Shown here: in pieces, positions 54,977-64,000 of the stretch
Layout of the letters: each line of letters starts with the position of its first letter
Position numbering within the stretch: the stretch's first letter is position 1
Source: Octopus vulgaris
Lineage: Eukaryota
Assembly (NCBI GenBank): GCA_951406725.2
Contig: OX597826.1
Coordinates: 45,198,001 to 45,262,000, forward strand
Direction of reading: 5' to 3'
Length of the DNA: 64,000 nt
Translations under genes and position numbers: made by a program
Notes under the pieces: model-generated
The model's database searches: none
What the model was told of the DNA's origin: nothing
Seen by the model: only the letters and a program-made list of their open reading frames with translations

Positions 54977-56070
54977 ACACCCACACACACCCACACACTC
55001 ACATACACACACACACACACACGCACACATATATGTATGTATGTATGTATTTGTAACCAACGTCCTAGTTTTCAACTAGAACAAGCCAAGTGTTCTGAGT
55101 TTGAAGATTTCTTGGAGACACAAGGCACGTTATATAATGTCTAATATCAGTGTCACTATGGAGAATAACTATTAATATCTCTAATTTCAAATACTGTGTA
55201 CATTAATAATATTTGACTGTCTCTCTATGGAGTACTTTTCTTATTACTCCTACCTTAATGGAAGAGTGAGCCATGTGTGTATGTGTGTGCGTGTGTGTAT
55301 TTATGTAAGCATTTCATGTGTACTTTTATGTTTGTGGGGTTGTTTTAGCAATTGTTCTTTCAGTGAACGGTACTGACCACAGGACTAACGGTAGTTCGAA
55401 GTAATATTCTAAGAAGTCACTAATCTTAGAAATTATCAAAGATGGAGCTCTTTGGAAACCCTAAGTTCCTCACAACTACCCTGCTAATCTAATAATAAAT
55501 GTAAAGATACATTTCAGAAAATTAATTTACTTTTGTCATCATGATAAATGAGAAGAGATTGGCCATGCCGTTTTTCTTCCGTTTTTTTTTCTTTTTTCAA
55601 TCCCTTTCTTTCTCATTATAATTCGTATCTTTTTCTTTCTCTTTAGGTAGTGGTACGTTTTTAGATATATCCGCGCAATTGGTTCTCTAGAAGACAATCT
55701 TAATTAATTTTACAAATGCCAAATACTTGATATGATGCCAAAGCGAATGGCACCTGCAGATAGGTTAACCGTTTCCTTCTTCATATCTGGTGTGTGTTGC
55801 CCAGCCAAAGAAAAAGGACAAAGGCAGTAAAAAAAAAAAAATAACAAGTAGGGGATGAAATTAGAAGAAAGGAAAGGGGACAGTTTTTTTCTGGGGTTTT
55901 TTTTTTTGTGACTGTTTGTCAGAAACACTCTGTTGTTGGGAAAAGCGGCCATTTATCTTTGGAGATAAAAAACAAAACAAAAAAGGGTATCAGGTTTACA
56001 CAACTGCTGTTCTATGTCATGTTGTAGCATGACATCAAACTGATATCGAATGTACTGAGAATATGTAAAG

Positions 56071-56120
<50 letters not shown>

Positions 56121-56480
56121 CATACATACATACATGCATACATACATACTTGTTGAAGGTATCTGTTTTCTAATGTCGATATTCAATTACGATTATATTT
56201 TATGGAATGGTTAAACAAGTAAATGGACTGTTTCTAGACACAATTACATTCAGGTTTTAGGGATATGTGTGTTATTATTCATTAGATAGCTTCGCCCACG
56301 CGGACTGCCTTCCACAGAAATACGTTTCTTACATTTCAGCTTCTTTCAGTTATTGGACTGCGGCCATGTAGACTTACTCGAACAAATCAACCCACAACTT
56401 GTATAAATCAGGCACATAGTCTATCGGTTCCTTCGCGAACAGGAACGTTCTGGATACGGAGACAAACACCACTTCTCTCT

Positions 56481-56527
<47 letters not shown>

Positions 56528-56569
56528 ATATATCCGTGTGTATGTATGCGTGTACCGTTGATCACCATG

Positions 56570-56614
<45 letters not shown>

Positions 56615-56660
56615 TCACTTGAATCTCAATCACTTAACCGTATATATATATATATATATA

Positions 56661-57094
56661 TTACGGAGATATACTCGCATAGCAAGTGATTTGATCTGAG
56701 ATCGTGTGCTGGAACGAAAACAACTGCAGCGTGGAAGGTGTTTGTAAGCCATTTAAGAAACACACAAAAGCCGTTCGATTCACTTCAACATTTAAGTTTA
56801 ATTTGTCAAAATATTTTCGTCGCTAAAATCCGCGACCTGTTCACTGACAAAAGTCCGTGCTGCAGCACCTGTTTTACGTACCCGTAACTTAGCGGTTTGG
56901 CAAAAGAACTGATAGAAATAAGTACTAGGCATACAAAGAATAAGTTGTGCTGCAGCACGGATTTTTGTCAGTGAACAGGTCGCGGATTTTAGCGACGAAA
57001 ATATTTTGACAAATTAAACTTAAATGTTGAAGTGAATCGAACGGCTTTTGTGTGTTTCTTAAATGGCTTACAAACACCTTCCACGCTGCAATTG

Positions 57095-57096
<2 letters not shown>
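56661..57096. mobile_element. Fold-back insertion in (TA)n, G3-C8 hammerhead family, copy 2, with SINE-derived spacer
   Basis: Near-perfect 150-bp arms at 56719-56868 and 56947-57096, with an unpaired left extension of about 58 nt. The spacer is SINE tail sequence. Confidence 0.9.
56964..57013 (+). ncRNA. Minimal hammerhead ribozyme, G3-C8 variant (mirror copy 56802-56851 on minus)
   Basis: tttgtca-GTGAACA-g-gtcgc(ggatttta)gcgac-GAA-AATATT-T-tgacaaa: 7-bp stem I, 5-bp stem II, palindromic stem III. Confidence 0.78.
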
Positions 57097-57155
<59 letters not shown>

Positions 57156-57180
57156 CATGTATTCTTTTATTCATTTGCTC

Positions 57181-57294
57181 GTTTACTTGTTTCAGTCATT
57201 TAACTGTTGCCATGCTGGAGCACCACCTTTACTCGAGCACCAGCATCGGTTGTCATGCGATGTTGTGGGCACAAACACAGACACACAAACATAT

Positions 57295-57344
<50 letters not shown>

Positions 57345-57504
57345 GATTGGCTTCTTTCAGTTTCCGTCTACCAAATCCACTAACAAGTATTTGGTCGGCG
57401 CGAGGTTATACTAGAAGACATTTGCCCAAGGTTCCACGCAGTGGGACTGAACCCGGAACATTGTGGTTGGTAAGCAAGCTACTTCTCACACAGCCACTCC
57501 TGCG
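57181..57504 (-). mobile_element. SINE family A with internal tail deletion
   Basis: tttacttgtttcagtcat...cagccactcctgcg. Confidence 0.85.
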
Positions 57505-57542
57505 ACTATATATATATATATATATTCTTTTATTCTGTTATT

Positions 57543-58112
57543 CTTTTGTTTCAGTCATTTGAGTGCGGCCATGCTGGAGTACCGTCTTTAGTCGGACAAA
57601 TCGAGCCCACCACTTATTCTTTGTATGTCTAGTACTTATTTCTATCAGTTCTTGTGCCAAACCGCTAAGTTACGGGTACGTAAACACACCAACATTCAGG
57701 TGATGGTGGGGGGACAAACACACATACACATATATACACATATATAAAACAAAAGACAGAAACACAGAGACAACAAGCATGTGTATTAGTTTGACATTCG
57801 GGAAAAATGTGTTTGACGTTTCGAGCTTACGCTCTTTGACAGGAATGAGAGGGGGGGAAATGGAATGAGAGTGAGAGGAAAAAAAGAGAGAGTGAGACAG
57901 AAAACAAATGTGTCTTGATTAACGGTTTCACTCGTACGGCAGGTTTTCACTCGGTTTCCTCTCGGTTTCCATTTACGAAATTCACTAACAAAGTATTAGT
58001 CGGCCCAGAGTTAGAGTTGAAGACACTTGTCTCAGGAGCTGGAAAGTGAAATTAAACTCGAAACCAGGCGGGTGAAAATCGATTTTCTTAATCACAGAGC
58101 CATGCCTGCACC
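57543..58112 (-). mobile_element. SINE family A tail (57543-57722) and degenerate head (about 57960-58112)
   Basis: The tail is clearly homologous; the head is highly diverged. Confidence 0.65.
57745..57935 (-). mobile_element. pLTR-like fragment with CTGTC(G/A)A hammerhead-like motif (57811-57846); relative at 28527-28637
   Basis: Minus strand reads CTGTCAA-a-gagc(gtaa)gctc-GAA-ACGT-C. The 28527-28637 fragment carries gtaggctc-GAA-ACGT-A-aaagac and similar flanking sequence. Confidence 0.5.
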
Positions 58113-58557
58113 TCATCGATGACGTTCGAACATGCAATCTTTAAATAAGCATATCGTCTTTTAGATATAAAAAATGATACAGAAAACTTATGAATAGGAT
58201 AGCTTTTATATATGTTACACAAAAGATATATGTAAGACTGGCTAGCAATTTATTAAAACTCACACATTGAATAAATAAAATATAATTCTTGCAAGTAATC
58301 AGAGCTAATTAGAGATAATTAAAGCTAATTAAAGATGCTTAATAAGCATGCATTTATTGAAGTATAAAACGAACGGTGTTACAGCATATTGAAATAAATG
58401 TCAGAAGTTCCATGCTTCTAACACATACAGTGTTGCACAATATCAGGGTTAAGATTTCACCATTGAAAAAGCCTTAAGCAAACACGAGTCTTCTTGCGGT
58501 TGATATTTTCAGATTATTGAAGTGAAAGTGCCTTCGTTTTCCCACTTTTTATTTCCT

Positions 58558-59135
<578 letters not shown>

Positions 59136-60026
59136 CATCTGCGTCTATATGTTTGCACAGCATTGTTATTCTTAGTGGCACATTTTTATGTATGCGTGTG
59201 AGTGTGCGTGCACGTGTACATATACGTTTGTGTGTGTGTACGTGTACATATATGTGTGTGTGTATGTGCGTGTGCGCGCACACGGCCGTGTACATACATG
59301 GGAGTATGTGGCTGCGTAATTCCAAGGGCATCCTTTTGTGACCTTTCCGTTTATCTCCAAACCCGGATTTAACGATTTAAGACAAACTACATTTCTTCTC
59401 AGTTGCAACAATCTTTATATTTCTTATGCGTCTGTTGTGGTGGATATGTGCGTAGGCCGACACGTTTGTGGGCGTAAACGAGTGTGCGTATGTGTTGGGT
59501 GCTTGTGTGTATGTGTGTGTGTGTGTGTGTATGTTGTGTGTTTGTAAGTCCGTGTTCCGTGTGGCTGTGTGTTTATCTTTATGGATATGGATATGTGTAT
59601 CTGTATGTTCTCTGTATCACTTTGGCTTCTTTGGAGTGTGTTCGTGTGAAGCTGTTTGCAAGAGATAATATATGTGTTTTGAGCGTATGTGCGTGTGTAT
59701 ATGTGCGTGTGTATATGTGCGTGTGTGTGTGTGTGTGTGAGCGTATGTGAGCGTGTGTTTTTATGTGTTATATGCTATATGTTCTTGTGTAAGTTCGATA
59801 TCATTTCTGTTTCCGTGTGTGGTTATGTGTTGGTGAGTCCGTGTTTTCCTGTGTCTAAGAGATAAAGACATTGCTATCGTTACCGTCAAATGTCCTATTT
59901 CCAGAGACATGAGAATGTTGGTAATTGATGCTATTTCCACACCAATGTTTGAAATAATAAGTAAATATTATCATTTCGCTTCTCCGAAAAGTACTTACTG
60001 TAAAAGAAGACAAGTTAAACATACTG

Positions 60027-60061
<35 letters not shown>

Positions 60062-60379
60062 CATGTCTCCTCCCAACAATTCACAGTCTATGTCGGTAAG
60101 AAGGACATAACATTGTCTGTTTGGCTATTTCAAGCAAGCAAGCAATGATTCTGCGTATCGTGAGTTCAGAACTAGCTGGCTCCGTTTGAGAGCAACTTGG
60201 GAGGCTCGTACTTTCTTGTTTCACAGATCAAAGTTACGGATTGTGTCTTTGACAGCAGGAAGGAAAAAAAGGGCAACAGTGATTCACGATAAACTGATAT
60301 ACTGACTGCAAAGGATTTGGCAATATAGGTTCTGTACACTGCATCAGCATAAAATAACATCAGTTTTGACAAAGAGGTA

Positions 60380-60566
60380 GACGCAGGAGTGGCTGTGTGG
60401 TAAGTAGCTTGCTTACCAGCCACATGTTTCCGGGTTCAGTCCCACTGCATGGTACCTTGGGCAAGTGTCTTCTACTATAGCCTCGGGCCGACCAAAGCAT
60501 TGTGAGTGGATCTGGTAAACGGAAACTGAAAGAAGCCCGTCATATATATGTATATGTATATATATA

Positions 60567-60618
<52 letters not shown>

Positions 60619-60825
60619 TGTGTTTGTGTGTCTGTGTTTGTCACCCCAACATCACTTGACAACCGATGCTGGTTGTGTTTAAGTACTCGTAACCTAGCAG
60701 GTCGGCAAAAGAGACCGATTGGAATAAGTACTAGGCTTGCAAAGAATAAGTCCTGGGGTCGATTTGCTCGACTAAAGGCGGTGCTCCAGCATGGCTGCAG
60801 TTAAATGACTGAAGCAAGTAAAGAG
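60380..60825 (+). mobile_element. SINE family A, full length
   Basis: gacgcaggagtggctgtgtggtaagtag ... aatgactgaagcaagtaaagag. Confidence 0.9.
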
Positions 60826-61604
60826 AGATACACACACACACTCACACCCAATCCCAGAACACACAAACACACCACTAAGAACAACAATGCATGCAAATAT
60901 AAAGACGCAGACGCATATATATTTATATATATATACGCAACATACTCACGCGCGCGCACACACAGGGTCCCCCCCACACACACATACACCCACATATTCG
61001 GGAGATTCCTGCCTGCTTTCCATCTAGCAAATTCCACTCACAGGGTATTTTGAACCTAGCACTATAACAAGAAGCACTCACCCAATGAATAAATAGAATG
61101 AGGCGAGTGAAACGAGCAAAGCAAATTGATAGGTGGAACATGAATGGAACTAACTAGCCTCTTATATTTACTGATCTATTTGACGCGATTAGGTTTACAA
61201 ACAATCAAGACCTTGTTTATCTTTCTATTTTGCAGTTATTCAACTGTGGAGTTCAACCGGGTGACGTTTTGATTCTAGCACTCATCGACAGGTTAGCTTC
61301 CACACAGTTTCTCATTTTCCCAAATTTCCTTCTTAAGTTTTGAGATGATCCGAATTTATGGTGGAAGACACTCAATGCACTGTACAACGGATCGAATCTA
61401 GCATCACAGATTTTAGAAAACGAAAATTTTAACCGCACAGATATGTCTGCTGCGCACGACCATATTTTGTTATATAAAGAAACACTATAATGATATTTTA
61501 CTGACATTACAACACTGTGATATTTCACTATTGTTAGGCACTGGATCGTGGCCATGCTGGGGCTTTTAGGTAACAATGTCAAAGTTTATCGCTTCTGTTT
61601 GCCA

Positions 61605-62440
61605 AGACGGTAATCTAGCAGAATTGTTATCGCATCAGGACAAAATGCTTAACAGCATTAAGTTCTGTCTTCAAATTCTGCTGCGGCTGCCTTTACTTCT
61701 AACCCTACAGAAATCGATCAACTAGAAGCAATTCAGCATTTGAGTCAATGTAATCAACTAACTCGCTCCCTTAAAATTGCTGGCCTTGTGCTAAAATTTG
61801 TATCCGTTGAGTTGGCAGAATAGTTAGCACGTCGAATATAATGCTTAGCAGCATTTCCTCCAGCTCTTTACGTTCTGAGTTCAAATCCTGCCGATGTTGA
61901 CTTTTCCTTTTATCTTTTGAGATCAATAAAATAAAGTACCAATCAGGTAGAGGTGTCGCTATAATCGAATATACCCTTACCTCTAAAACTGCTGGTCTTA
62001 TGACAAAACTGAAGGTGGCGAACTTGAAGAAATGATAAGCGCTTCGGATAAAATGCTTAGCAGTATTTTTTCTAGAATTTTGCGTTCTGATTTCAAATTT
62101 TGCCGAGGTGGACTTTGCCTTTTATCTTCTTGGGTCAGTAAAATGAAGTACTAAACAGGTACAGGTGTCGTTATAATCGAATATACCCTTATCACTAAAA
62201 CTGCTGGCTTTATGAAAAAAAACAAGGTGGCGAGCTTAAAAAATTGATAGGATCTCCGGACAAAATACTTAGCGGTATCCTTTCTAGGATTTTGCGTTTT
62301 GATTTCAAAATTTGCAGAGGTTGACTTTGCCGTTCATCCTTTTGGGGTCGATAAAATAAGTACCAATTGAGCACTGGGCTGATGTAATCCACTTACTCCC
62401 TCCTCTTAAAATTGCTGGTCTTCTGCCAATATTTGAAACC
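61605..62440 (+). repeat. Tandem array of about 4 SINE family B copies
   Basis: Heads at about 61608, 61808, 62013 and 62227. Shared ataatcgaatataccctta...aaaactgctgg in units 2 and 3. Confidence 0.8.
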
Positions 62441-63796
62441 GATATTTTTATTTTCTATAAAAACTATTAAAAATATTTTTCTATGTATCACAAATTTGAA
62501 AGTTTCCTCGTAGGAATCGGTGCAATGAAGAAAATTATAGAAATCTATATTTATGAAATCATATAGCGATTAACGACTAACTCCACTGTGAGCTATCATC
62601 ATATGCAGGAACTTTCATTGATGTTTAAAATTACATGTATGGTGAGCTTTATGGATATCTAAAATAGGTGATAACTGTAAGAGGTTTAATGAATATTGAG
62701 AAGTATGTTACTGCGAAGAGATAGAAATCTGTTAATGTTAGCTGATTTAATGGTATGGCACTGGAATTAAACTTTATGGACACCTCGAAACTGTCTTTGA
62801 AGAAACTTTCTGTCACGTAATACATAACAGATCGACGACGATGGCTTAGGAGATGGATTGGCGATAAGGCTTTGTGATCACATTTAGTTTAAATTTTATT
62901 ATTGTTGCATGATGTTTAAAGCAGATTAATCTAATATAGGGGCTATGAGATTGGTAATTTAACGTTTAGGTTGACAAAAATCAATTTCAGAAGCTTGTAG
63001 ATTTATGATTTTTATGAAATATCTGCAGATATCGCTAAAATGCATTTTTCATTATTTATTTTTAAATAGATTCTTAATAATCAGCGCCAAAGATATTCCA
63101 GGAATCAACACGACATCATAGATTTTTTTTCATGATAATGAATATTTAATATTAATCTCTTTGTTTCTATATAAAACGGATCTCTTAAACTGATATGAAA
63201 TATAACGATAGATAATGTGAGTGAACAGAAAGATAATTCTCTCAGCACCCCCTACTTTCTTTATCTCTCTCCCTTTCTCTGTCTCTGTCTCTCTCTGTCT
63301 CTCTCTCTCTATCTATCTATTTATCTCTTTCACACACACATATACACACATGCATTCTTTCCCGATGTCGTACATGGTTACAGCAAAATCATTTCATTAA
63401 AGAAAATAACAGCATTAGGTAAAATCTGGCAAGATGTGATGCCAGCATTACAAGATGGTTTGTTTTGTCGTATGGTTCATTAAGTGTGTGTTTCTCTGTA
63501 ATGAATCCAGAATGGTTTTGTTTTGCAGTTCAATAATGATTACAGATGTTTAAATTTTTCGAGGCAGATTCTTTAACTAAACTGACACGAAGTTCTTGTT
63601 AACATCATGTCGAGTTCTTGGCTATTGGGATTCAGAAATTACGAAGCAAGATGGTGTTGTCTCGACAGTGCTAATTACAATTCTTGGAAGTGAATTGAAT
63701 AGAACATACGTACATATATACATACGTACATACATACATTAATAAATACATACATACATACATATATATATTCGTACATACATATATGTGTATATG

Positions 63797-63846
<50 letters not shown>

Positions 63847-64000
63847 TACATATACATACATATGTATATAAATATATATTTACATACATACACATGCACA
63901 CGTGTAAGTATATATATGTATATATGTATGTATGTGTGTGCGTGTGTGTGTGTATATATATATGTGTGTGCGTGTGTGTGTGTGTGTATGTATATATATG

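Noticed and set aside
61253-61582. 109-aa ORF with faint resemblance to a mariner-type transposase N-terminus
   Set aside because: No catalytic motifs or TIRs seen, and similarity is too weak by eye.

Overview
AT-rich, repeat-saturated eukaryotic (animal) DNA with no confidently identifiable host gene. The SINE repertoire and dense (TA)n/(CA)n/(GTAT)n microsatellites suggest a coleoid cephalopod such as Octopus; this is an inference, not a database result. The only convincing long coding region is a 5'-truncated Penelope-like retroelement on the minus strand (RT C-terminal half, Cys linker, GIY-YIG endonuclease; 46518-47717) inserted in a (TA)n tract. Other mobile elements are at least four tRNA-derived SINE families, two decayed RTE-type LINE fragments, a hAT MITE with an 8-bp TSD and other MITE-like elements. 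Nearly all other listed ORFs are microsatellite or SINE artefacts. The most striking unexplained structure is a series of short asymmetric fold-back insertions, mostly inside TA microsatellites. They carry minimal type I hammerhead ribozyme motifs with palindromic stem III, and the window contains C3-G8, U3-A8 and G3-C8 versions of the catalytic core pair. One hairpin loop appears to have been copied from a neighbouring SINE copy. All alignments and folds were done by eye and boundaries are approximate.
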